Positions 11,482-22,645 of a stretch of 64,000 bases of DNA are shown here, one piece after another; position 1 is the first letter of the stretch, and every line of letters begins with the position of its first letter. A program made the translations under genes and the position numbers. A model generated the notes under the pieces. The model was not told where the DNA came from. It saw only the letters and a list, made by a program, of their open reading frames with translations, and made no database searches. Source of the stretch: Squalus acanthias (lineage: Eukaryota); the NCBI GenBank assembly GCA_030390025.1, contig CM059431.1, positions 131,070,001 through 131,134,000 of the forward strand, written 5' to 3'.

Positions 11482-14115
11482 AAGCTTGCAGGGAACATAA
11501 AAACTGACTGTAAAAGCTTTTATAGATATGTGAAGAGAAAAAGATTGGTGAAGTCAAGCGTAGGTCCCTTGCAGTCAGAATAAGGGGAACTTATAATGGG
11601 GAACAAAGAAATGGCAGACCAATTAAATACATATTTTGGTTCTGTCTTCACAAAGGAAGACACAAGAAACCTCCCAGAGATGTCGGGGAACATAGGGTCT
11701 GATGAAAGGGAGGAACTGAAAGAAATCAGTATTTGTAGGGAAATGGTGTTAGGGAAATTGGCGGGATTGAAGGCCGATAAATCCCCAGGGCCTGATAATC
11801 TACATCCTAGGGTACTTAAGGAAGTGGCCCTAGAAATAGTAGATGCATTGCTGATCATTTTCCAACATTCGATGGAATCTGGAACAATACCCATGGATTG
11901 GAGGGTAGCTAATGTTACCCCACTATTCAAAAAAGGTGGTAGAGAGAAAACGGGGAATTACAGACCGGTAAGCCTGACATTGGTAGTGGGGAAAATGCTA
12001 GAGTCCATTATAAAAGATGTAATAGCAGAGCACTTGGAAAACAGTGACAGGATCGGACAAAGTCAACATGGATTTACAAAAGGTAAATCGTGCTTGACTA
12101 ATCTACTGGAATTTTTTGAGAATGTAACTGGTAAAATAGATCAGGGAGAACCAGTGGATGTGGTGTATTTGGACTTTCAAAAGGCTTTCGATAAGGTCCC
12201 GCATAAGAGATTAGCGTGTAAAGTTAAGGCACATGGGATTGGGGGCAAGGTATTGACTTGGATAGAGAACTGGTAGGCAGACAGAAAGCAAAGAGTTGGA
12301 ATAAACGGGTCTTTTCCCGAGTGGCAGGCAGTGACTAGTGGGGTACCGCAGGGATCGGTCCTTGGACCCCAGCTATTCACAATATATATTAATGATCTAG
12401 ACAAGGGAACTAGATGTAATGGGCCGAAAATTGATCCCGGGACGCGAGAGTACGCACTGCATACTCTCGCGTATTCCCACTCCAATTGCCGGTTTTCTGC
12501 ATGCCCTGCGCATGCGCTGAAAACCGGCAATTGCTCTTCCGGAAAGGGGGCGGGGTCTGGGTGCATCGCGTGCGCGCTACAGGCTGCGCGCACGCTGTGC
12601 ACTTCATGCTTTGGACGCGCAGGTAAGTCGGGAAGATTTTGGAAATGTAAAAAGGAGGAGTAAGACCCGCTTTTAAGAAGGTAAGTAGTGAATTAAGTAT
12701 TTTTTTGAATTTTTTTTTACAGGTATATCTTTTTTATAGACTTTAAAGACAGGTAAGTTTATTTTTATAACTTGTTAAAAGATTTTAAATTTTTTGAAAA
12801 ATTTAATTTTTTATTTAAAATGGTTAATTTAATTAACTATACTTATTTTATTAATGTGATGGTTTTTTTTTTAAATTTAATTGAGGTTTAGCTGTTATTT
12901 TGGGGGGGTGTAAGATTCATAAGTCTCACAGCCATGCTGTGAGACTTATGAATGGAAGATGGTGTGCTGCCATTGGCTCTAACTGAGTCACGTGATCCCA
13001 CAGCTCGCACAAATTCACTACGCCGCTGGGATACGCAAGCCCAGCACAGCTGATGTCTGGAACATCAAGTTCGTGCGAGCTGGATCAGAAAAAGCATAAG
13101 CGAGGTGAGACATCGCGGGGAAGGCTTACCCCCGCGGGAACAGAGCGAGATCAATTTCTGGGCCAATATCTCCAAGTTTGCAGATGACACAAAGCTGGGT
13201 GGGCGTGTGTGCTGTGAGGAGGATGCCGAGAAACTCCAGGATGATTTGGACAGGTTGGGTGATTGGGCAGAAGCATGGCAGATGCAATATAACGTGGATA
13301 AATGCGAGGTTATCCACTTTGGTGGCAAAAACAGGAAGGCAGATTATTATCTGAATGGCAATAGATTGGGAGAAGGGGAAGTGCAACGAGACCTGGGTGT
13401 CCTTGTGCACCAGTCGCTGAAGGTAAGCATGCAGGTGCAGCAGGCGGTTAAGAAGGCAAATAGTATGTTGGCCTTCGTAGCGAGAGGGTTTGAGTACAGG
13501 AACAAGGATGTCTTGCTGCAGTTGTACAGGGCCTTGGTGAGACCACATCTTGAGTATTGTGTGCAGTTTTGGTCGCCTTATCTGAGGAAGGAGGTTCTTG
13601 CCATGGAAGGAGTTCAACGAAGATTCACCAGGCTGATACCTGGGATGGCAGGAATGACGTATGAGGAGAGATTGGGTCGATTGGGCTTATACTCGCTGGA
13701 GTTTAGAAGAATGAGGGGGGATCTCATTGAAACTTATAAAATTCTAACAGGACTAGACAGACTAGATGCAGGAAGGATGTTCCCGATAGTCGGGGAGTCC
13801 AGAACCAGGGGTCACAGTCTAAGGATAAGGGGTAAGCCATTTAGGACAGAGATTAGGAGGAATTTCTTCACCCAGAGAGTGGTGAACCTGTGGAATTCTC
13901 TACCACAGAAGGCAGTAGAGGACAATTCATTAAATATATTCAAGAAGGAGTTGGATATATTTCTTAAGGCTAAAGGGATCAAGAGATATGGGGAGAAAGC
14001 AGGGACAGAGTTCTGAATTTGGATGATCAGCCATGATCGCATTGAATGACGGAGCAGGCTAGAGGGGCCGAATGGCCTACTCCTGCTCCTATCTTCTATG
14101 TTTCTATGTTTCTAT
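11482..14115 (+). mobile_element. CR1 LINE, 5' truncated, interrupted by a MITE
   Basis: ORF2 RT pieces 11596..12276 and 13165..14016 (GVPQGS, FADD). 3' tail of TTCTATGT repeats. GAAG at both junctions. Confidence 0.93.
12421..13164. mobile_element. MITE (3-bp TSD, PIF/Harbinger-like), hairpin-rich family, copy A
   Basis: TIRs GGGCCGAAAATTGATC / GATCAATTTCTGGGCC; TSD AAT; removing it restores the CR1 frame. Confidence 0.88.
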
Positions 14116-14598
14116 GAAGTTCCATGGCCGCAACCAGAGCCTCCAATGCGTGGTCGCTGAACCGGCGAGCTCTCTCTCTGGGCCTCTGATCAGCCATCAA
14201 TTGCTTGAATGAAGGCTTGCAGCTCCTTGCAGGCCCCGCTCACAAACAGCAATGTGCAGCATGATTGAACCTCCCCTTTAAGAACTGGAAGGCGCCAGTC
14301 TCTCTGAGGACTCTCTAATTGACAGCGCAGGAACTTGATTAGCGCTCTGAAGATCGCACCCCGCTATGCGACGTTAGCGCCCTAAGAGAAGTGTGTAGTG
14401 CTTGATTTAGCGCTCCACTTCCCTCTTGGGCGCTAAAACTCAATTTTGCGTTAGCGCCCAGTCGATGTTAGCGCCCCAAAACGGTCGATACCGAATTTTT
14501 CCCCCAAGCTTCATGGCATGTAAAATGTCCCTTATCTCATCTGCTCCCAACTCTTAATTGGCCTGCTTTTCTGTGTGAACAATGGAGTCTTACTTATT

Positions 14599-15157
14599 GG
14601 CCCAAAATTTGTGATCGGAGGCTTCCCGCGGGCGGATGCCTCCGACCTGTAGAAAATCTACGAATGTACCTGATGGCCCGGGAGGTACAGAGACTTGCGA
14701 TCCTGGGCCTCTCCGGGTACGCGCCGGGCAGAGGCCCACGTATCCCAGGGACGCAGGCCTCTGGGATTACGTGGGCTGGCCCAACCAATAAAAGAAGGGA
14801 ATCCCCATTCATACTTATGGGAGTTCCGTACAGAACTCATGCCTGCTTTTACCAGGAGTAAGAATTTCACGGGCATTCAGCGGGCGGAAGTTGGGCAAAT
14901 AGCGCAACATTCTACCCGCAAAGACCCTTCTCCCGGGGATGCGGATCATCTGTCAAGAGAATTCGATCGCAAGTTCCGGGGTTTAGCGCATGCTCTTCGC
15001 AGCTCACCACCACCTTCTCAAGGGCAATTAGGGATGGGCAATAAATGCTGGCCTTGCCAGCGACGTCCACATCCATGAACGAATAAAAAAACTTGCGGGG
15101 CCCCTACGGGCATGTGTGCACCTCTTACGCACCCATAGGGGTCGCAAAATACGGCCC
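14599..15157. mobile_element. MITE family copy D (reverse orientation, core deleted, contains a LINE tail at about 15003-15091)
   Basis: Ends GGCCCAAAATTTG and CAAAATACGGCCC; TSD ATT; reverse complement matches 19240-19466. Confidence 0.8.
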
Positions 15158-15974
15158 ATTATACTGTTTACAGCTGTATTTCCAATCTGGTTTCACAGGC
15201 AACTATCCAAAAAGATCTTCTTTGGCAAGTTTTTTAAAGGTCCAGGTGCAATGTCTTTTGTTCAATTAACTGTTGCTAACAAGCTTACACACACACTATC
15301 TATGGATTATTATGATGGTGCACCATTGTGCTTAGCCCTATCCTAATTAGACAGAGACAAGGCTTAGGCTCCCCTTATCTTTGTTTTAAACTTCCTACAA
15401 ACCTTCTTTATTCAACAGTTAATGGAGACCTTGAAACTAATGACCATTCTAGCTGTAAGGAAATATAATTTAAATACCAAGCTAGTTCATTTGCCTCATA
15501 AGCTAGCCTTAATTTCCCATCAACCTCTCTGCCTCTTCCTTCTCCCTGTTCCAACATGCCCCATGTTCCAACAGTGATATAGCAAGAAACGAGTCAAATA
15601 AAAGTATGTTTAATGTATTATTTTGTTAATAGATTACTCAAATGTACATGATTCACCATTGCAGCATTTAGTCCTCACTTAGGCAGGTACATTCATAAGA
15701 TGTAGTATTCATATCAGAAAATAATTATCCATATTTAAAAGGCAAATTGTAATAATAATCCAATTGTTAAAATGTACCAATGAAAGTGTAAAAAGTCAAC
15801 ATTTTCAAGGAAGGTAGGGCATGCTGATGTACTGAGAATCTGACTGCGCTAGAGCTACTGGCCAGGACAACAGCAATATTTAGCTCTTGTGTGAATGACA
15901 TCTCGATCCCCATCAAACCATATTTACCAGCCTTAAAAGGTGGGAGGAGGTTGGGATGGGATTCTATTACGTTA

Positions 15975-16425
15975 TTGTGTTAGCCTTGGCTCAGTGGTAA
16001 AACTCTTGCTTTGGAGTCAGAATGGTATCAGTTCAAGCCCCACTCCGGAGACCTGAGCACATAATCCAGGCTGACACGTCAGTGCAGGACTGAGGATGTG
16101 CTGTATTGTCGGAGGTGCTGCCTTTCAGATGAGATGTTAAACAGAGGTTCTGTCTGATCTCTCAGGTGGGTGTAAATGTTTCTGTGACATTATTCCAAGA
16201 AGAACAGAGAGTTTTCCTGGTGTCCTGGCCAATATTTATGCCTCATCCAATACCACTAAAAAATAGATTATCTGGTCATTTATCTCATTGCTGTTTGTGC
16301 ACAAATTGGCTGCCATGTTTCCTTACATTATAACAGTGATTACACTTCAAAATACTGTAAAGCACTACAAAAGAATGTTCTGCAGTTATGAAAGGCGCTA
16401 TATAAATACGAGTTGTTTCTTTTCT
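15975..16425 (+). mobile_element. tRNA-derived Deu-domain SINE (SacSINE1-like)
   Basis: A-box TGGCTCAGTGG and B-box GTTCAAGCCC, followed by a body homologous to 59465-59915. Confidence 0.75.
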
Positions 16426-16534
16426 CTTTCATTCAAGAATAAAGTAAACCAAAAAGTGTATTCTTGATGTCATGCAACGCTGACTACATTTCTTTTGGTC
16501 CCTAACTAGAAACCAGTGCGTGATAGTGATAGGG

Positions 16535-17765
16535 GAATGGTAGTATAGTGATTATCTTACTGGACTAATAGTCCAGAGGCCTGGAGTAATAATCTAGAAA
16601 ATATGACTTCAAATCCCACCATGATCATTTGAATTCAGTATTTTTTTAATCTGGAAATAAAAACAATGTTGGTATGTGAGGTCATCCATTTTGGACCTAA
16701 AAAGGATAGAACAGGGTACTTTCTAAATGATGAAAAGCTAAAAACCCAAGCCAAAGGAACTTGGGGGTCCAGGTACATAGATCATGAAAATGTTATGACC
16801 AGGTACAGAAAATATTCAAAAAGGCTAATGGAATGCTGGCCTTTATATCTAGAAGACTAGAATACAACGGGGTAGAAGGTATGCTGCAGCTGTATAAAAT
16901 CCTGGTTAGACCACACCTGGAGTTCTGTGAGCAGTTCTGGGCACCACACCTCAGGAAAGATATATTGGCCATGGAGGGAGCGCAGCGTAGGTTTACTAGA
17001 ATGATACCAGGGCTTCAAGGGTTAAATTACAAGGCAAGATTACACAATTAGGGCTGTATTCCCAAGAATTTAGAAGGTTAAGGGGTGATCTGATCTGATC
17101 TGATCGAAGTTTTCAGGATATTCAGGGGAACAGGTAGGGTAGAGAGAGAGAAGTTATTTCCGCTGGTTGGGGATTCTAGGATTCGGGGGCATAGTCGAAA
17201 CATTAGAGGCAGACTTTTCAGGAGTGAAATTAGGAAACACTTCTACACACAAAGGGTGGTAGAAGTTTGGAACTGTTTCTCCGCAAACGGCAATTGATGC
17301 CAGATCTATTGTTAATTTTAAATCTGAGATTGATAGCTTTTTGTTAACCAAAGGTTAAGCGATATGGCCCAAAGGCAGGTATATGGAATTAGGTCGCAGA
17401 TCAGCCATGATCTCATGGAATGGCGGAACAGGCTCGAGGGGCTCAGTGGCCTACTCCTGCTCCTATGTTCCTATATATCAGTAAAAGTGACTGTAACACT
17501 GTTGGATTGTCATAAAAGCCCAACTAAATGCTTCAACTTCTCCAGGGAAAGAAAGCTATGATCCTTACCTGGTCTGGCCTATATTTGATACCAGTTCCAC
17601 ACCAACGTGGTTGATTCTTAACTGCCGCACCGAGCAAGCCACAAAGTTGTTTCAAACCAACGGTTCAAGAAGAAGGTTCAACACCACCTTCTTAGGGCAA
17701 CTAGGAATGGGCAATAAATGCCGACCTTGCCAGCGACACCTAGACCCTGAGAATGAATTTAAAAA
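16535..17765 (+). mobile_element. tRNA-derived SINE with LINE-derived tail, split by a CR1 fragment
   Basis: tRNA-like head at 16535-16620. Body resumes at about 17477. Tail GGGCAACTAGGAATGGGCAATAAATGC is shared with the LINE at 20913-22570. Confidence 0.6.
16666..17476 (+). mobile_element. Degenerate CR1 3' fragment
   Basis: CEVIHFG and LVRPHLEFCEQFWAPHL; CR1 3' UTR. Confidence 0.85.
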
Positions 17766-18720
17766 AACAGATATTCCTTTACCAGAGAGTATTGCTGGTC
17801 CTCTCACCAGTCCCTGAGTGGTTTAAATGTCTATGTTGAAAGAGTTGTTCTGCTACCATAAAGTGATCATTAGAGGGTGATACCACAGGTACCTACTCAC
17901 TGGATGAGCAGCTTTCCATGGGAATAATACAAAAAAAGCATATTTCTCTCATGCATAGAATGCAATAACTTTGATGTTGTTAGCATTTTTGTGTTCTCTG
18001 TTTCACTGATGATTCATAAGGCTTACACCATGAGAATGTTTACTGACCGCAGAGAAGAGAGAGTAGACTTAGCTATATCTGATTCCTTGTAGCTATAATT
18101 GTAATGTAAACGTCTATACAAAGTTTCCCATGGCTGCTTAGTTGTGTGGATGGGTGAGTGCATGAGATCTGCTATCAGCCAGACATGTATATGATGTTAT
18201 TTGCCTTGGCACAGGAGAATTCCTTAACGAAAATGAATAGCAGTCAGTTTTCCTAAACCTCCAATTTTGATGGACTAGGGAGAACAAACTTCAAGGCTAC
18301 CAGGACGGTATTTAAAATCGTGCCTGGGACTCACCCGGCAACGTCCCACAGCCACACCGCAGGTTCCAATTTTAACTTGCTCTTCTAAGCAGGCGCAAAG
18401 GACACCTGCTGGAATCTGAGTTAAACCAGGGTTCAGTGTTGCTGGATGCGACAAAAATCTTGATGTATCATATTATTGCTATTGCTTTTTATTCTTTCTG
18501 TCATGACATATGGACTTAAGAAAAACAAGTTCACTTACAGAGAACGACCTAGCATCTTTTGATGCACAATAGCACATTTTTAACAAATTTGTTCCTTCTC
18601 TTCAACTATCCCTCAGGCATCTGGCTGTGCTGTGCCTGAGACCAGCTGCAAATATGTTCCTTCCCTCTCCCCACCAAGAAGAGAGAATTCTGTCTGCATT
18701 AGGGAGCTCAACAACATAAT

Positions 18721-19466
18721 GGCCTGTAATTTGCGGCCCCTACGGGCGTCTACATGGTGCGTACGTGCCCGTAAGGGCCCGTAAGAGCCGCGCAAGTTCC
18801 AGGTTTTCGCGTGCAAAGCACATGCGTGAAAACCCAGAACTTGTGATCTGTCAAGAACTTTCTTGACAGATCCAACGCATCCCCGGGAAAAGGGCATCCA
18901 CGGGCAGAGCCCAACTTCTGCCCAGCGAATGCCCGTGAAATTCTTACACCTGGTAACAGCAGGCGTAAGGCGTAAGGCCTGCTTTTACCAGTGTAAGAGT
19001 TTAAAAACTCATTAAAATACATTTTTTAAATCATTTATACATTAAAAACCTGTGCAATAAGGTAAGTTTATTTTTAGCCCCTTTAAAAGATTTAAATTTA
19101 TTTTTCAAAAAATTAAATTTGTGTTTTAAATATTTAATTAAATGGCATTTTAATTAATTTTAAATAGTTTTTTTTTATTTGATGTATTTTTTGGGGGTAT
19201 TCCCATTCATGGTTATGGGGATTCCGGAATCCCTATAAGCATGAATGGGGATTCCCTTCTTTCATTCGTTAGGCCCATCCACGTGATCTCAGGGGCGCTT
19301 GCGAACCGCCTGCGCCCCTGGGATACGTGGGCCTCTACCCGCGGATACCCGGAGAGGCCCAGGACCACGCGTCTCCGTACCTCCCGGACCACCAGGTACG
19401 CGGGCATTATATTTGTGGATCGGAGGCATTTCCCTGCGGGAAGCCTCCGACCGCAAATTCAGGGCT
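18721..19466. mobile_element. MITE family copy B
   Basis: Ends GGCCTGTAATTTGCGG and CCGCAAATTCAGGGC; GC-rich arms, AT-rich core, internal hairpins. Confidence 0.82.
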
Positions 19467-19902
19467 ATTATTAATTAGGCAAAGACTATACCAACTGTCT
19501 GACAAAGCAGAAAATGTACACTTTTATGACTAGCGACCGAATTAAAGGAACCTGAATAAAGCTGAAACAAATAGAACTGCTTCTCTTTTGTACATTTTTG
19601 TCCTTCAGCCAGGTTTAATAAATCTGTTTGACATTTTATTGGCTAAGCCACAGTATTTGTAGATTGTTTATTCTAATGCTTTCCAGAGTTGAGGACGATC
19701 ACCTGAGGGCATGGGATATATCCAGCAAGGTGAAATACAGTAACTAGGGTTTTTATTTGAGCCATGGGCTGGTTACAAATTATCTAGACATTGGACAGGT
19801 AAAGGGATGCTCTGGTTAATAGGGAGTCAAAGATCCCCTGTCGGAATGGTCTGAGATGCAGAACTTGAGAAAAATATCTGAAGAAAAAACGCAAAAACAC
19901 TG

Positions 19903-20626
19903 GGGCCTGTACTTTTGATACCTACGGGTGTGTAAGAGCTGTGTACACACCTGTAGGGACATTGGAAATGCCGGTTTCAGGCATGCGCTGAAAACCGGCA
20001 TTTCTGATCTGTCAAGAATCCACTTGACAGATCGGACGCCTGCCCTGGAGAAAGGCCTCTGCGGGCGGAGAGTTCCGCTTTCTGCAGAACCTCTGCCCGC
20101 TGAAATCACTTAAAAATCTTACGCCTGGTAAAAGCAGGAGTAAGGCCTGCTTTTACCAGCATAAGAGTTTAAAAAAGTAAAAAAAATATTTTTTTTCACT
20201 CATTTATAATTTTAAAATACTTTTAAAATAGGTAAGTTTATTTTAGCCCCGGACAAAACTTGAATTATTTTTTCAATTCATTTAATTAATTTTAACTCAT
20301 TTTAAAAATGTGATGGTTTTTTAAAAAATGTATTTGAAGTTTTAGAGTCTTTTTTCAGTGATCCCCATTCATACTTTTGACAGGTCTATCTGTCAAAAGT
20401 ATGAAGCGGGATTCCTTTCTTTCATTGGCTGGCCTGGCCCACGTGATCCCAGGGACGCTTGTGAACCGCCTGCGCCCCTGGGATATGTGGGGACTGCACA
20501 TTTCGACTGTGGAGAGGCCCAGGATCGGAAGTGTCCGGACCGCGGGAGCTCTCAGGTGAGTGCGTAGATTTTTTCCTGATAGGAGGCATCCGCACGCAAG
20601 AAGCCTCCTATCGGAAATTACGGGCC
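19903..20626. mobile_element. MITE family copy C
   Basis: Ends GGGCCTGTACTTTT and GAAATTACGGGCC; 3-bp duplication; colinear with copy B. Confidence 0.82.
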
Positions 20627-20912
20627 TGGGTTGAAAAAGATTTTGTCCCATTAAACCCAGCTCTGAGCTGGACTTACAAATGTTGGGTCTTTAGATCCTT
20701 AATTGTGCAGAAATTGTAATGCAAAAAGATGACTTTCAGGCCCAAAAATGTTTCGCTTTGTCAGCCATTCATGCTGTAAATCACAGTGTTTTTCTAAAAT
20801 TTATCTCAGAAAAGAAAATTTAGCTCTGATAAAAGTTCTATAGTTTTGGTTTATGATTTCATGTTTTTTTACCCAAAAATAAACAATTGTCTTGTACATG
20901 TTTAGCGCTTGC

Positions 20913-22570
20913 AACCATTTTCAGCCAGAAGTGCCGAGTGGATGATCCATCTCGGCCTCCTCCTGAGGTCCCCACCATCACAGAATCCAGTCTTCAGCCA
21001 ATTTGATTCACTCCTCGTGATATCAAGAAAGGGCTGAGCGCACTAGATACAGCAAAGGCTGTGGGCCCCGACAACATCCCAGCTGTCGTGCTGAAGACTT
21101 GTGCTCCAGAACTAGCCACGCCTCTAGCCAAGCAGTTCCAGTAGAGCTACAACACTGGCATCTATCCGACAATGTGGAAAACTGCTCAGGTATGTCCTGT
21201 CCACAAAAAGCAGGACAAATCCAATCTGGCCAATTACCGCCCCATCAGTCTACTCTCAATCATCAGCAAAGTGATGGAAGGTGGCGTTGACAGTGCTATC
21301 AAGCAGCACTTACTCACCAACAGCCTGCTCACTGATGCCCAGTTTGGGAGCCGCCAGGACCACTCGGCTCCAGACCTCATTACAGCCTTGGTCCAAACAT
21401 GGACAAAAGAGCTGAATTCCAGAGGTGAGGTGAGAGTGACAGCCCTTGACATCAAGGCAGCATTTGACCGAGAGTGGCATCAAGGAGCCCTAGTAAAACT
21501 GAAGTCAATGGGAATTGGGGAGAAAACTCTCCACTGGCTGGAGTCATACCTAGCACAAAGGAAGATGGTTATGGTGGTTGGAGGTCAATCATCACAGCCC
21601 CAGGACATCGCTGCAGGAGTTCCTCAGAGCAGAGTCCTTGGCCCAACCATCTTCAGCTACTTTATCAATGACTTTCCCTCCATCATAAGGTCAGAAGTGG
21701 GGATGTTCACTGATGACTGCACAGTGTTTAGTGCCATTCGCAACTCCTCATGCAGCAAGACCTGGACAACATTCAGGCTTGGCCAATAAGTGGCAGGTAA
21801 CATTCGCACCAAACAAGTGCCAGGCAATAACTATCAAGTGAGCGTCTAACCACCGCCCCATGACATTCAATGGCATTACCATCGCAGAATCTCTCACCAT
21901 CAATATCCTGGGGGTCACCATTGATCATAAACTTAACTGGACCAGCCATATAAATACTGTGGCAACAAGAGCAGGTCAGAGGTTGGGAATTCTGCGGCGA
22001 GTGTCTCACCTCCTGACTCCCCTTTCCACCATCTACAAGGCACAAGTCAGGGAGGATGGAATATTCTCCACTTGCCTGGATGAGTGCAGCTCAAACAACA
22101 CTCAAGAAGCTCGATACCATCCAGGACAAAGCAGCCTGCTTGATTGGCACCCCATCCACCACCTTAAACATTCACTCCCTCAACCATCAGCGTACCGTGG
22201 CTGCAATGTGCAAAATCTACAAGATGCACTGCAGCATCTCACCAAGGCTTCTTCGGCAGCACCTCCCAAACCCGCGACCACTACCACCTAGAAGGACAAG
22301 GGCAGCAGGTGCATGGGAACACCACCACCTCCAAGTTCCCCTCCAAGTCACACACCATCCTGACTTGGAAGTATATCGCCATTCCTTCATCATCACTGGA
22401 TCAAAATGCTGGAACTCCCTCCTTAACAGCACTGTGGGAGTACCTTCACCACACGGACTGCAGCGGTTCAAGAAGGCGACTCATCACCACCTTCTCAAGG
22501 GCAACTAGGGATGGGCAATAGATACTGGCCTTGCCAGCGACGCCCACATCCCATGAACCAATAAAAAAAA
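20913..22570 (+). mobile_element. CR1-group LINE (second family), 5' truncated and degenerate
   Basis: RT ORF 21172..21789 (NYRPISLL, LDIKAAFD, GVPQ, FTDD); 3' tail and poly(A) at about 22560-22570. Confidence 0.88.
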
Positions 22571-22645
22571 ATTCCACTCGATGACAAGGAGACGGAGCAT
22601 AAAAATAGCAAATGATAATACTGCAGCTGTATAAACAACCCTTAC

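Larger units (their letters stand above)
10940..14505 (-). mobile_element. Harbinger-derived element with Myb/SANT-like gene remnant, split by a CR1 insertion
   Basis: Joining 14116-14197 to the sequence below 11481 on - gives MADQRPRERARRFSDHALEALV...MWREVA...RTPTQCR. TIR-like end GAATTTTTCCCCC at about 14493-14505. Confidence 0.75.

Noticed and set aside
15975..16050. tRNA gene
   Set aside because: A/B boxes run into a SINE body, and there is no intact cloverleaf.
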